Positions 25,883 to 40,300 of a stretch of 64,000 bases of DNA are shown here, piece by piece. The position numbers and the translations under genes were made by a program. Position 1 is the stretch's first letter. Every line of letters begins with the position of its first letter. The notes beneath the pieces are model-generated. The model was not told the DNA's origin, searched no databases, and saw only the letters and a list, made by a program, of their open reading frames with translations. The stretch lies in assembly GCA_004022145.1 (NCBI GenBank), contig RCNU01000002.1; one strand, given 5' to 3'. The DNA comes from Paecilomyces variotii. Lineage: Eukaryota.

Positions 25883-26527
25883 ATGAGTGCCCCTCCGCCA
25901 TTCGACCCCGCGACGATGGTCGGGCTGTCGGAAGCATCTCAAGGAATGGATGATGCCAATTTCGATATCTTCGAATGGTACCCTCGCTATCAGAGTTGCC
26001 AGCGATACTTCCTGGATCATGCACAGCACAGCGTTCCGGTGCAGGCCCTCTCGGCGTTCTTGAACATTCAATTACCTCTCCAGAGACAGCCGAATCCAGT
26101 CTTCAACTCTTCCACCACAGCATCGGCATCTGCTGCTTCTCCTCTGCCTCCCTCCGTTTCACTGATTCCTTACCTTCGACGCCTGGTAGCGACCGGGATG
26201 GATTTTCCTGGCATTCTACATGGGTTCTTTGGTGATGACTGGGCCGCGGGCATCGGTCCCCTTCACGAGCAAGAACGTCGCAATTATCTTTTTGCGGCAA
26301 AGAGTGGTGGATGGGCTGCTGTCAAAAAGGATTATGATATACCTCCTCTGGAGACCGTCCCCTTCCTACGCCCACTACAGGGACCCGCAGATGCTGAAAT
26401 CGAGGCGGCAGAGAGGAGCTGGAGCGAATGGCTTGCCATGGAGGATTGGATGGTAGGACCGCGGGCGCCTGATGTCCTCCGCGATTCATCTTCGCAGATT
26501 TCTCGATCACGAGGTTCAAGAGCATGA
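25883..26527 (+). CDS. Conserved hypothetical fungal protein, 214 aa
   Basis: Single-exon ATG ORF after a CT-rich leader. Blocks FDIFEWYPRYQSCQRYFLDHAQH, SLIPYLRRLVATGMD, FFGDDW, ERRNYLFAAKS and SWSEWLAMEDWMVGPR resemble a conserved filamentous-ascomycete family of unknown function. Confidence 0.8.
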   Translation: MSAPPPFDPATMVGLSEASQGMDDANFDIFEWYPRYQSCQRYFLDHAQHSVPVQALSAFLNIQLPLQRQPNPVFNSSTTASASAASPLPPSVSLIPYLRRLVATGMDFPGILHGFFGDDWAAGIGPLHEQERRNYLFAAKSGGWAAVKKDYDIPPLETVPFLRPLQGPADAEIEAAERSWSEWLAMEDWMVGPRAPDVLRDSSSQISRSRGSRA

Positions 26528-29500
26528 AACGTGAATCTCGAGCTTTCCATCTCCTTGACCACGGACAACAATTACAGAGCGGTCCGGCGTTTGGTGCGTT
26601 CAAAACGCCATGTTTGCTACGAGACAACGAGTATCTGGAATTCATCAACGGCGCTGTGAATGAGATATCATGCATTTCTTATTTCTATTTTTATTTATTT
26701 TTTACACCTTGTGTGGCAGCATTGGCGGCCATGAAAATGATCCAGAATCCACGGCGCTGGAACTCCTTACTTGTCCATGGGGCATTTTCTTGGAGCAGTT
26801 GAGAGACTATAACATTCATGAGTTTTCATTACATATCATGATTTCCACTTTCCTTGGTATCCACAAAGGCATTTGAGGTTACCGGAACTGTTTCTTTGTC
26901 CTTCTATTATTATGATGTCTCCATACCATGGTCCCCATTCTCTCCCCGAATGACATCCACGTGTGCGCTTTTTTTTTCTTTGGTGTCTCGATATAGACAT
27001 TATTTACTACGATCTGAATCGTAATTTATTAATCCACTATACCCCTTAATGCTTCTCTCTGGCAGTACGCAGCCGAGCATGTGCGAATGCACTCAGGCTG
27101 CTCTGGCTTTGTGCCATCGTGGCGGGGAAATCCCAATCTGGCCCCAAAACTGACAAATCAGTCAGGATAACATGTACCGTTTGTCGAGTTACGGGCGTCT
27201 CCACTGCTTGTTCTCGTGTGAAGTTTTAAACAGATGAGACCCCGCTCAACGACGGCCCCCTGAACAGGTGGACAGGGCTTTCGGCGAATCTAAGGGCAAA
27301 ACTGTCCTGCACCTTACGTGAGTGGTAACACCGGCCTCCTACGGAAGCGGCTCAGAGACGCTGATGAAGTGATCAAGAGAGCAACGCCTCTGATTATGAG
27401 GAGAAATATACCTTACACTTTGTTCCGTGTATGCTGCAAACATAGTTCCAGTATCCCGCGCACATTTCACACGCGAAGATCAACCTAAGTGTTCCTTTCG
27501 AGCCCGAAGATCATTGCAAGCTTGATGCGTATGCACCGTTGAGAAATTATTACCTGGCTTGGCTGGCTCTGTAAATGGGGGCCACTGTCCAGGCCGTTAG
27601 TGAGATGGAGCAACGGTTAAAATCTCCGCCGTCGTGGGCCGGTCCCTGCTAACAAACGGTGTCAATCTGCCAGCAGGCCGTTGAGTGACCATTCCGCCAT
27701 ATGATTCGACCGTTTACATAAGAAGGATGGCACTCACGGCGGATTATACAATAGAAGAACCGCCAAAAGAAGGTGGACTGCCCGTCTTACACCGTCGTCG
27801 AGTAGAATAACCTCAAGGTAGGCGCATAAGGTTCAACCGGCTTTGGACTTTTGCAGGTTCTAACCCCCAACTGGTGCCAGTCGCTTTCATTTTTGTACCG
27901 GTGGGGAAGAACGACAGCCACCCTAACGGGCACGTCGTTTCATGCTGTAGATTTTGCTCCAATGGAGCCTTACGCGTCACAGATAGTGGAGAAAAGATGG
28001 CATGAGGACCTCAGCGAAGTAGCGACTCAGGAGGCATGTGCCTCTACCGGTTCAGGTGTCAGGTGTCAAGTGTCGAAGTGTATCCGTTATCGATTTTGTG
28101 ACTGCCCCTCTTTCTCTCCCGCTTTCCAAACTTCGGGCTCTGCAGCCCGTCTCATGGATAACATATGAGAGCGGTAGGCTCTGATCTGTTACAGGGAGTC
28201 GACAGTTGGCTGCTGTGCCTTTCGGCCTGAATCTTGCTAGTCCGTATCGTCTGACAGATGGGCGCGTCACCACGAATATCAAACGTCCTTTATATGCTAT
28301 GTTCTCTCCAGGACGACAAAGAGGGAACATGGGCAAATTTCGGACGGCTGGAATTGGGCCAGATTGGATCCCCTTTTCGTTACTAGCCAGCAGAGTGGCA
28401 AGAGAGAGTAGAGGAGTGGATCTTGGGCCACTTGGCGGTCTTCAGCTCTTTCTGCGAACCTACCGTGGAACCAACTATTGAGATCAATGAGCACAGTAGT
28501 AGTAACCTGTGATCGAGTTTCTGGATCTTCTCGATATCGTGATCGTCATTCCTCTTTTGGAACCCCGCATCTCGTGGCACAGTTCGTTCCAACGGAAACG
28601 GTCGCCGAAAGTATCGTGTCGGGGCTCTCAGGAGTGGACTGGGAACGCTAATCAGATGGCTGTGGAATCTGTGGATAATAGATGGATCATGGCAGTGTCC
28701 TAGGAGCTGATCATCTCCCGGGCCGTTGGGAGATAGCACGATCAACTATGTCACGGAGGGCAAGTGAGAGAGCAAGAGGGCTTCGAGTCAAGCCCTACGA
28801 GAGAGTGTAGTGACGGGATCAAGGAACCAGCGTTAATCGACCTGTAAGTCCCGCCGTGCTGGAGACATCGAGATGCTCTCGGCGGGGATTTGGCCGTTTT
28901 TGGCAATCCTCCCTTCCAGGAACGGAGACGGATGAACGCACAACAACCCGCCTCGGCCGTGCGGCTACCCTCATTTTGGGGCTTCAACAGCAGATTGCTA
29001 AATGGTAAAGAACTGGAGGGGCAGTGGACTGTGTCTCGAAGCGAGCCTTTTGGTATCAGATGTGGAGTCATGGACTGGCCCTAGCGTAACCGTTAGGATG
29101 TCAGTGAGAGGGGGGCGGTAACAGCCATGTAGACGTTTTGGATGACGCTCAGGGACATCATCATTATTAACATCTTATTCCCAATGCAGGTTATAGCCGC
29201 ATATTAGCAGGATGCTCTCGCATGAAGAAATGGAAATAGATTGCCTCCTATGGGTCTCTCGGGAGAAAGATAGTACTTTGGGGAAAAAAGAACTATAGAC
29301 GCCTCAATCGGCAGGGGCATACGGTCATGGGGTGCCTATAGATATTCATGTTGCAGTTAGAGTGGCCCTCGATGAGTTGGACTCTGCATAGCATTGGGGA
29401 ATACTCTATCAGCCTTCACATTCATTGCAGTTGTGGCTTATCACACCAAGCCAGCTCGCACTACCGCTGTCCTCAGATTAGCCTAATAGTGACCTCTTTT

Positions 29501-30146
29501 CAGCCCTTGTCAATGAACAATACTTTCCCTGATACAGTGTACATCGTATCCAGAATGTAGAGGTCGCTTAGTTAGGGAACAGAACATACATGATTTTAGA
29601 CGGATCTAGATTACTGCATCCCTTCGCTCAAGCTCATGCACATCAGTGCAACACTAACTGGAAAATCTCAATTGAGTAGTCCTGCATGACTTGTGGGAAA
29701 TGGGTTAAGCAACAAGAAATATGAAGGGTGAAGAATAAGCCAGCAGGCTGATCTACATGCTTAAACTTCGGAAATGATATAGTAGTAATTGAGTTAAGTA
29801 GGGGGCAAGGAACTTCCCTGGAGGCAACAGATCAGATCTCGATCCAAGCGGGAGGCGGTGCACCTGCTTATGTAACCAACCCACGTGATCTGGTTTCGCT
29901 CAGGCTCCGACGGTCCAAACAGACGGAGCCTTGATGTATGTGGTCTGAAGAGGCATGGTACTTGTGGTCTCTAGCTCTGGCGCAGCATTAGGACATCGAG
30001 CCTGTCATAATCTCCATCCGATCTGGAATATTCTCTATTTCGATAGCATCTCGATGAGACTGTTGAAGTGTTGAACCAAACAAAGAAAAGCAAAAACAAA
30101 AAGCCTCTGGATTTCGATCCCGATTTATTTGGATTTCAATAATAGC

Positions 30147-30164
30147 ATGCTCGGTCCCAACTAA
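30147..30164 (+). promoter_or_regulatory. Five-codon uORF (MLGPN*) directly abutting the MED5 start codon
   Basis: ATG CTC GGT CCC AAC TAA is immediately followed by ATG at 30165, in the same frame. Confidence 0.55.
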
Positions 30165-33100
30165 ATGGGAACCGCGGTGGAACAATGGAGGAAACTCCTC
30201 CACCAATGTCTAATCCAGCGGATCGACGCCAATGAATTCAAGAGCCTTTCCAAGCTCTTACTGCGTCGTTCACCCCTGCCCGAAGCCACTCTGCTGGATG
30301 TGGTTCTCGAGTCCCGGACCGTCACTGATGTCCAGTGGGACCCGCTACTACCTCTGTATGTCGATTCGTTAGCTAAATTGGGCCATGTCAAAATATCGAC
30401 TGTCCTTTCTTCCGCGCTGAAGTATTCGACTATTGTCGATAATAAGTCTGGGGATTCGCCGGGTGGGACAGCGGCGGCGGGGGAGGAAATCAAGAAGAAG
30501 AAAGGGAGGAAAGTATCCTCATCGCTCATGACTGATATCCGGATTATTCAAGATGCCATGATGACGATTTCTGCTGGGTTTTCACCCAAGACTACAGTGG
30601 AGGCCGTGAATATCTTCTCTGCTGTTGCGGAGTGGATCATTGCTGTTGTCGCGTGGCATAATGGCAATGTCGACGAGCAGCATCAGACCGGTGGTTTGAT
30701 GAATTCTCCCGATGGGATGACGTTGTTTGAGTCCCTGGGTATTTTACTTGCTGCGTTGTCGGCGACGGGGAAGGCGTTGGAAGCGCTGGCTATGGGAAAC
30801 TCTGAAGGTGATAATAACCATCCGATATAGTGGAAGAAAAAGGATTCGTGTTTCTTGGAGAGATTGATGCTAATGTTTGCATAGCCTGGAAAGTGAAACT
30901 GGGCCAGGCCCTTTCTGCCTATCTTCCACTTTGTGCGGGGGTGTCATTGCCTTTGCGGAATCGGCTGGATAGCTTGCAGAAAGAGTTCAATCTCTATGGT
31001 GATTCTGCGTCCAAGTCGTTAGAAGTGTCGATGATGGATGGTGTCAATGTGAATGCGTTGCAATTTGAAGCTTCTGTTATTGATGGGCCAGTGGTCAACT
31101 CGAGAGCCGGTTTGTACGTCTATGTTAATGCCATGGTAAGTGTTAGCCAGAGACGTGGAGTCGAATGTCGTTGAAGCTAACGGAACGTAGCTGGTGGGAC
31201 GTCCTCTTGTCGATGATAGCATGTTGATCAACTATCTTACCAACCGTTATGGGGTAAGTCCATGAGATACTTGTTAGTGCGTTCGAGTATTGACGATAGT
31301 CTAGGGACATCATGGAGTGCTCGTCGAAGAACTCATTACGGCAGCGTTTGATGTACTCTCCAACGCGATGTATCGGAACGAGTCCAGTCGGACGATGTTC
31401 GTGTTTCGATCATTCCTTGTGAATAAGTTACCGTCCTTTTTCGCCAGTATGTCGGCTGCGTCGATGGAGCCAATCCCTATGGAACTCTGCATCAGTAACG
31501 CTCTCAACCGGGTTGATCCGAATGCTTTCCCGTCATTCTCTCAGATGTTCGCCATGCAGGGGAACACGGTCCTTTCTGATGTGCGACAAGAGTTCCTATT
31601 TGCCTGTGCTACGCACAAGCTCATCCCTGAATCCAGTATTGAGCGCTTGCTGGGCGAAAATCCGATGCAGACTCTTTCAGCCAGTGGTCAATACGTCAAG
31701 GATGAACTTGTTTCTCAGATTAATGCTAATCCTGAGCGGGCGGAACATCTCATCGGCGAGATCGAGTCGATGGAAGGAAACGCCGGCGCAATAGTCGCTG
31801 CAATCACGGAGGTAAGGCGCTGTATCATCTGAAGATGGAACGGCAGCTAACACGACCAGGTTATGCACAATCTCTGCGACCAGAAAGAGACCATGACGTT
31901 GAAAAATATCTGCAACTCTTTGTCTCGACGGCCCCAGGCGCTCGATGTTATACTGCTCTTCCGCAGTCCGAAGACGGTGCTGCAGCCTCTATGTGCCTTA
32001 CTGGATGCGTGGCACTGGGATGAAGACCAAGGTGAGAATAGACGAGGTAGTTCTGGTAGGACCTAGTGCTAATGGGATTAATAGGCGAAAATCAGCCTGT
32101 ATATGATGAATTCGGGAGCATCCTACTGCTGGTGCTCGCCTTCAAGCATCGATACAATTTAAGCCAATATGACCTTGGAATCTCGACTAATAATTCATTC
32201 GTGCTAACACTCCTGGATCGCGGTCCCAGCAGCCAGAAACTGGATGATCTGACTGATTCTCAACACAAGAACCTAGGTGCTTGGATTTCGGCTCTCTTCA
32301 TTGCTGAAGGAATCAGCGAGGAGTCCATGTCTTCATGTAGTCCTCAAGAATTCTACATGCTCGTTGCTACTCTGTTCAGTCAAAGCCTAGGCGCATGTGA
32401 GGCCGGGAAGCTCGAGTTTGATACTCTGAAGGGAGGATTCGAATGTTAGTATAAACCCTCTGTGTTTCACGTTGCGTCCTCACTGATAGTTACAGATTTG
32501 CTGGAGCCATTCCTGCTTCCGTCACTTGTTGTCGCTCTTACATGGCTAGGAAACTATATTTGGGAATCAGAAAGCGACCCAACGATTCCACTGAAGGTCC
32601 TATACTCCCTCGTGAAACCAAGTTCTATCTCAGGAGAAGCACAGGCCATCCATCGGACAGTTCTACAGATCACGGCACGAACATTGGAAGAACAGCTGAA
32701 AGACGTTCGCACCCGCCAGCCGTCTAGGTCGGATATCAAGCCCATCCTTGACGGTCTCGAACCGTATCTGTCTTTCCAAAGGACAGGAAGCTGTCATCGG
32801 TCCGAGCTTGAAGGCTGGACAAATTCCAGTGGTGGCCTGCTGGGTAGCATCAGAAACACTTTCCAGTCCCTTGTCCTCTGGAGCACGAATCCTGTGATAA
32901 GCATGACGCCTCATTCATATACGCATCGTCAGATCTTGGCTGGAATTCGAATTCTAGGTGCTTCCCGAGTGCTCGCGGCTTTGATTGAAGAACTAAAGTT
33001 ACAGACCGAAGCCGGCAGTGGCGATTTGGCACTTGATGTCGCTGTGACCCTGGTTTGCTCCCCGATGGCGGAATCCTTCGCTGTTGACCAAAGCTTCTAT

Positions 33101-33601
33101 CATCCTATAGATCCTAACAAGGATGCTTTGCCTCGATGTCCCATACTCACCCTCCGAGACGCCCTCATCATCCAGCATGATGACGTGCCAAAAATATCGG
33201 AAAAGGATCCACTGCGCGCAGAAGTTATCGTACGGCTGTACCGCCGTCTGAACAATTTGATGGCGCCTCCGTCCCAGGTGACCAACCTCGATGTTAGCAA
33301 TATAATCCAGAATATGAATCTGGATGGCGTTGGCGAACACGGGCAGATGGGCCTTGGCCCTGGCGAACATGGAGTTGGGCAAGGGGGAGTAGGTGACGAA
33401 GATCCGGAAAACATCAATCAGATGCTCAATGAAGCTGCAGCCGCAGCCGCCGCTGGGGTCGACCACGGCGTTGGCCAAGGCATGGGTCTTGATGGTTCCG
33501 GAGCTGGTCTCCACGCAAACATTGATGACATGCTAAACAGCGCTGATATGGGAGTTGGTAATCCGGAGTTCCTTGACTTGGATATGGAAGGAATGTTTTA
33601 G
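30165..33601 (+). CDS. MED5: Mediator of RNA polymerase II transcription subunit 5 (Nut1), about 8 exons
   Basis: Chained ORFs separated by short GT-AG introns. Motifs [83 protein letters not shown] and EPFLLPSLV are typical of fungal Med5. Acidic low-complexity C-terminal tail. Confidence 0.9.
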
Positions 33602-34024
33602 GAAACTGCGTGTACGATGGCTGATTTACGTTTGTCTATCTCAGAAGCGATGTGATGTTATATATTCAAGATACTACTTGAGGAATGTCTTAATATGGTA
33701 TGCTAGGATTTCAACATACGGTGTCACTTACTGGTGATGACTAGAGACTACATCGATCTGTAGAATTGCAGTACCATAGCTATATCCGAGTCTCTAATTG
33801 TACTGTGCTTGTTCCTCATATGGATTCCCAAATCACCGCGCTAACTAAAAATACCATCCAGGACTATTACTTCTCGTGCCAATCAGTCCCGTTTCACACA
33901 ACTAAACATCCTGAAACCGAGATAGAATGAGCATCTCCAAACGTATACATCATCTGCTGATGCAAAGAATCTCACCTTAAACACTCTGTATTACATCCTA
34001 ATATATCCCTGTACCTTTACGAAT

Positions 34025-34388
34025 TTACAGGTTCCCAGGCGACTCAGCCCCCTGCTTCCCAGGGTGAGTTCCAGGCTGGTGGTCCTCCACAGCTAGATAA
34101 ACACGAACCCTTGCGGTCAGCATACATACGTATAAACCACCAGGAAAGAACAAAAAAAATAAAAAATAACCCGAAAAGAAACTCACCATCCTCCAACTTC
34201 GCCGGCAATTTATCAATTCCAGAATTCTTAATATCAACAGGCACCAAGAGACCACCCGCAATATCGGCAATTTGCGAAAGAGGGTTTTGACGCGCTACTA
34301 CCATCTTCTTCTCCTCTTCCGCGGAGGGAAGGGGAGCAGCGAGGGAAAGGCCAAGAAGGGCGGAAAGGATGAGGAGCGTGAGTTTCAT
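34025..34388 (-). CDS. Small secreted protein, about 89 aa, 2 exons
   Basis: Signal peptide MKLTLLILSALLGLSLA followed by AP. An intron GTGAGT...CTAG with a GCTGAC branch site joins ...LPAKLED to AVEDHQPGTHPGKQGAESPGNL*. Confidence 0.75.
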
Positions 34389-37300
34389 CTTGAGCTTTGC
34401 GATTGTGTTTCGGTATTTGAGTTTGTGGTTCTAGGGGTTTGTTTGGTTGATTGGAGATCTAATAGGTAGACGAATGAATGAATGAATGGATAGATAAATA
34501 GAGAGTTATTACGTTTTATGATAGAAGCAGAAACAGCCGAAGAGAGAGAGAAAATAAATTATATACAGTACATAAGCGCAGGAATAGAGGTAAACACGAC
34601 GCGTCTGGTAAGTAAAAAGAGCAGACAAAAATAAAAGAGACGCGAAATGTACATACATACCATGTACATTCACCATGTATGTAGTTTACCTCTTTCTTTC
34701 CACATATTACTGAAGGTATGTATGTAAGTCGTATACTGAATTGGGTGTTTTCGCATGTTTCAGCTCGAGGTGGGGAAGAATGTTGAGTTTGTTTCGAAAC
34801 TGCTTTCGTAGTACATAGTAACTATATTGTAGTTTAGAGTTTCTACGGTGTTAGTTAGTCCCTAGGTATGTTACTGTCAGATAGATTGGTGAGGATATTA
34901 ATTAGTTACTATGGAGGTGGTAAGTGGATAAATGATTTCTTGTTCCCTTTGTGTGTATGGAGTTAGCCTTGACGATAGATCAATTATTCAAGGGAAGGGA
35001 ATGGTAAGGGAAGAACGGCAGGGAGAGGGGATAACTACTCTACTCTATTTTGAAGGGACTGGAATGTGGAATATCATCCCTTAAGTACACGCCGAAACGT
35101 AAACATGCGACTAAGAACGAACTTTTCATTGCACCTTTGAACTGATCGATTCCTCTATTTCGTATTTCGATACAATTATCTTATTTTCGAATTTTGTCGC
35201 TTCTGTACTCCAGACATGTTGTATGTGATATAAAGTATCTTTGTTGGACTCCATTCGAGAAACCAACCAAAAGTATCCGACGACATGCCGTAGTCTAAAA
35301 TGGCACATGATGCATACAATAAGAACATCAAGATGGTAGATCTTCTGGCTGATCTATATTTTCCTAATTGGTTTTGGATTTCATCAGCAACTGTTGATCT
35401 TGTGCATTAATGTAACGACAGAATCATCTTATTCAGAAATACAGCATATAACTCTGTAACAACAGAAAGAAGGTCGCCTTTTTTGTAGTAGATCGTATTT
35501 TGTATTTTCTGTTATTACGAATCGAATTTTCTCAACGGCTCCGAAGAGATGCGTTACGAACTATCCCAGCAATCGTTGCGCATTTCCTACTGTTGGTGGA
35601 AATCGCTAATCATGTTATGTACATAGATATAAAAGGTTATTCTGCGCGAGAACTTATCTCGGCTAGCGAGATTGCTTGTTTCTGCTCATCAAGAATGCTT
35701 ACGGCGGGACGCTCTATATATAATAATACTCGATAGTGGTATGGTAGGGATATATTTTATTATCTTTAGGATTTGAAGTAGTCCAAGTGGCCTTAGAAGG
35801 GGTATCTAGACCATTGACATGGCCCTCATAGATGCAATTGAGAAGTCAAGAACTAACCAGCCATAATCACAATGGCTCCCAGAAGATGCAGGCCATTTAA
35901 TATCTTGGGAATAGTATATCTCTTTCTGGCTAATAAGCAGTAGCTACCGCGCATTCAAGCCAGATATTGAGTTCAAACCCGACCACTAGATCCTAAGTAC
36001 TGTATTATACCAGTAAACTGTAAGCAGGTTACAATTGTCCTATTTTGGCGTTTTGCATGATCACTTCGCGCGAATGCAAGAGAGACCATATCCGTGTAGC
36101 GATGAAAATTCAGGACGTATGAAAATTCGGAATATAAATCACCCCTTACATAGTCTTCCTTAATGACCCGGTGGCAAGTCGATACGTCTCTGATTGTGGG
36201 CCGAGGCGGCCAGACTAGGTTCGCCGTGGCGTGAAAGAAAGACAATGTGAATTGTTTACCTTGGACTCCGATGGAATAAAAGGCGGGGTGGCGGGGCTTC
36301 GGAGAATTGATGGCGCTCAGCCAGACTTTCTCGTGTTACACGTCTGTCAAAACTCCATGTACAGTACCATACTCTAGAGTAGAGTATGGCAGATGGGCTT
36401 TTCCAGGAAATTTTTCACCTGGCCCATTATTAGAGATTGAATATCTTTGTATGGTCGGCCATTTGTGAAGATGAGGGTCATGAAGAGCCGACAATTCTTG
36501 GACCTGTCCAATATAGTTTGCAGTCATATCCGCTCCTCCGATTTCTGACAATTGACGACTGCTGATAAGCGGAAGTAACACTCCATGTGAGTTCCTGGCG
36601 TGATCAACGGGGCGGATTTGCAAGTGACGTCGTAAAGACAGTGCGCAGGAAGTGATGAGATTCAAGGTTTGACACACGACAATCTGTTGATCCCTTCAGT
36701 ATCACAACATGAAAGATCCCCAAAAAAGGGACCGGGAGACTTGACCCGGGATTATTAGAACGAACCACACCTTATCAGTAGACAAGTCGGGGCACGTCGT
36801 AAGCCCACCCCTTGCGGAGTGGGCGTCCCACTTCGGAACTTTGTTAAATATACTCTCTGGTTGATCGTATTGAGGATGTTCTCGATCCCCTGAAACTATA
36901 CTGAAGGACAATCACAAAAGCATAGCGATATCCGGTGGCGATAGCACAAGTCCGACATAGGACCGGTAAGGCATGATGGCCATAACGGTCGGACATTTGT
37001 TTACCTCGACCAGTGTCGAAAACAACGTTTGCTAGACACAGATGGTGAAACCTAACATCGTCAAGTTAGAACTCCGTTCCCAAGTACATATGCTCTGAGC
37101 TAGCACTAGGGTACCATATTTTGGGGTGCTTACCCTCGATATTCGGCCCGTCTCGTACCTAGGTAGATACGACGGATATGATGTTAAATAATAATGGCTT
37201 GCCACGAAGATAACAAAGTTTCGGAAGCTTCCGGTGGTCCCAGAAACTCAAGAGCAAGCTTTCCACCATGATCCAGGAATTCAATAGCTGGCGATCCATG

Positions 37301-40300
37301 CAGCACAGTATCGATCAAAGGGTTCATTGAAGAGCCAACTAGAGTGAAAAATATCACAGGGCGGAATCTTGAGTTCATGTCCGAGGCGGGAGATCAACTT
37401 AGCTTCTATTATGGTCCTTTTTCTGTCAATGGCATAAAACGAAAACGCTCCTTAGCAACAGGAATCGGGTTGTTATCAATGAACGTGCCTTTGACCCGAC
37501 AAAGTGGAAGAGCGACAATATGAGCACGTGTAGGCGATCCATTGAGATTTGAGACAACCCTATAGCTTCAGACGCTTGTCCTGATGGGGATATGTCTGCA
37601 CATCAAGTAATATATATTCACTACTTTTGCAGCTACTCCATGACCGAGAGCAGGACTCATTGAAGGGGAATTGTCTGAGCTTCTGGACTCTACTAGCATA
37701 TTTGACTCTCGAGAAAGCCGATAGACATCGATATTATCAAAATTCCTCGTTCAGCAACTGCGTGATCTCTTAGAAGGTTCGCTGTTTCGGCAAGATCAAT
37801 GTCTCAGCTTAGGCGATGAATGACCAAAATAAAGTTGGCCCCCTTCAACCGGTGTACGACTAGCCAAATCCAATTTCCCGGAGGCTCTTCTACTTCTGTT
37901 AAGGATTGTCGCTTCAAAAGTGCCTGCGCAGTTCTCCATCGCGGAAAACCACGCAATGCACCCCGAACAGAGCAGAGAAAGACATTGGCTATGGTGGCTA
38001 AAAGTGACAGGGTGGTTTCCTACTATCGATCAGCAGCTGAGCATTTTAGAAAGCGGATGACAATTTTCGGATCAAGGCAAAATAAAGCCTAAAACTGAGC
38101 AAATAATCTTCATGGTTATGCCTACTGTCAGCCATGCATAGCCGCGTTCGGCGGTCGCCTAGACGTCGGTTGCTGATGCAGGTGGAGAGCGTCTAGATAT
38201 CGGCATAATTGCAACCCTGAATTTTGCGCATTTCATTACATGCGGTCGGCAGTTCTACAAGCCATTGTACTTGGACTGATCGGATGACTGTTTGCCCAGC
38301 TAATAATTTAGTTAGATTGATAATCGATTAACCATTAGTTAAAACTTTTGGTGTTCTTTGGTTCGTTGTTAGTACTCGTGGCGTCGAGGCAATGAACGTA
38401 GTCGTCATGGCGGATGTCACAGCAAAACATAGGCCGATAAGAACCCATTCGCACAAGCCCCCTGTTGGTACAAATTAATTGACCGCTTGATCCGGAAAAA
38501 TGAGAGCGATAGAAAACCGTCTGGATAGATAACCATATGGAAGATCTTAGGCAGAAATCACGACGTCTCCGCGGAGCAACCGGCACGGGATTCGAATGCT
38601 GCTCGATAACAAAGAAGGACGATAATTTGTACCCCTTCCTGATCAAGTCTGCAATGAGCCAGAGCCGCCCGTGCCATTAGTGTATATTGAAAAATATTTC
38701 CTTATGAGGAAGCTAAGAATTATTTCTATTTCGCGGTGATACTGTGAGTATTGCATTGCCGACTCGCTATGCCGAGCATGCTGTAGACAGATGTATCTTA
38801 ACATAGTATAGTACTGTACTATGCATTGACCTTGCGCACAAGTCATGGTTAGTGAGATCATCGGTCAACAACGCGTACCATTTACGCATGCGAAGTGGAC
38901 TTCATTATTGAAGAGACTTAAGTCGCTATTCAGGCTCGTACTTCCCAGGACATGATGCTTTATCATCCAGACCGACACCTCCAAAGGCATATCCCAGAAG
39001 CACCAGCATAGTACTTTGCATTTGCAAGTTTATACTAGATACCATACTGGAGCAAGCCTAAGTTCGCAAGATGGCCTAGAACCCTACACACGAGTCATTG
39101 ATTCATAAGGCTGCGGCTTTCTCTCAACTTCTCAAGTGGCTTGAGCTCCACTGAACCGACGTCTCGCGTAGCACTGAACACTTTTCGGCGTGAGCTGAAC
39201 GTGTGGGACCCAGAGTTCGAGAGAATCCTGAACAGTATCTACGGACTCCGGAGTAAATTATTACTCGACGGAACAGGCGTGGATCTCGGGGAGGTTCGAG
39301 CGTTGCCTCTATCGTTCACAGAGGCCCTGAGCTCCAGTCGACGGGCTCACCGTCCGTGCGAGCGTGATGAGCCTGAATTCATCTGCATGGAGCTATGGAG
39401 GGGACATGAATCATCTATTAGGATTTGGTCAACAAGAGGCGGCAGTTGAGGACCTCCAGTGAGATTGTGAGAGCTAGAGTTTCACATACATACATACCTG
39501 AGCGCGAGCACGTGTCGAACTGCCGTTGTTTTCCTGGGATTTTCTGATCTTCTTCCCCCACGAAATGTCGCGAACGATACGATCGAGAACAATGTCTAAC
39601 GGAGCCCTGTAAACCCGTCTGCCATTTTTTCCCGATCCCTCTCTACTGACATGCGCGGATGTGCCATCACTGACCGACGTCAAGTACTGTACAATAATGG
39701 AGACGGTGTGATCGCGACTTCGATGTGTATCATGGTGAAGGCAGGCGTCTTTTCAATAATACGGGATAATTATTCCCTGTCAGTTGGAGCGCGAACCTTG
39801 GCCCGGCCCCTCGAGCATCGAGATTATCCAATTCCAGGAGACATCACGACGTTGGTCCGTCAGTTGGCTAAAACAGCTGAAGACGGGATCGACTCGGCAG
39901 GCGTGGGTTTAGCGAGTTACCGTTGCTGGGAAGCCTGGGATTCGCCTTCGCCCCTACCGCTATCACTCATCATTATTTAGCTAGTCTGAACCCGCGGAGT
40001 ACAGACGGTTCAGATGCTAGTGGACTATCTAGCGGTTATCTTGATTTCCCAGAAAAAAAGATCGTCGCATGGCTGTTTTTCGAGTTTCCACTTTTGATCT
40101 GGTTCCTGGATGGCGCGCGCCTTTGGGCCATATGGGCGATCTCATCAACAGTCGCCTAACTCGTACAGTACGTGTTTCGTTTGACGATCCGTTCTGATGA
40201 CGCCGAAAAAGACTGCCAAAGATACACACGTGCCTATACTGCTACCAGTAGTGGCAAATAAGCTCGAAGAATAACTGAATAGCTAGAGAGCTTACCACAC

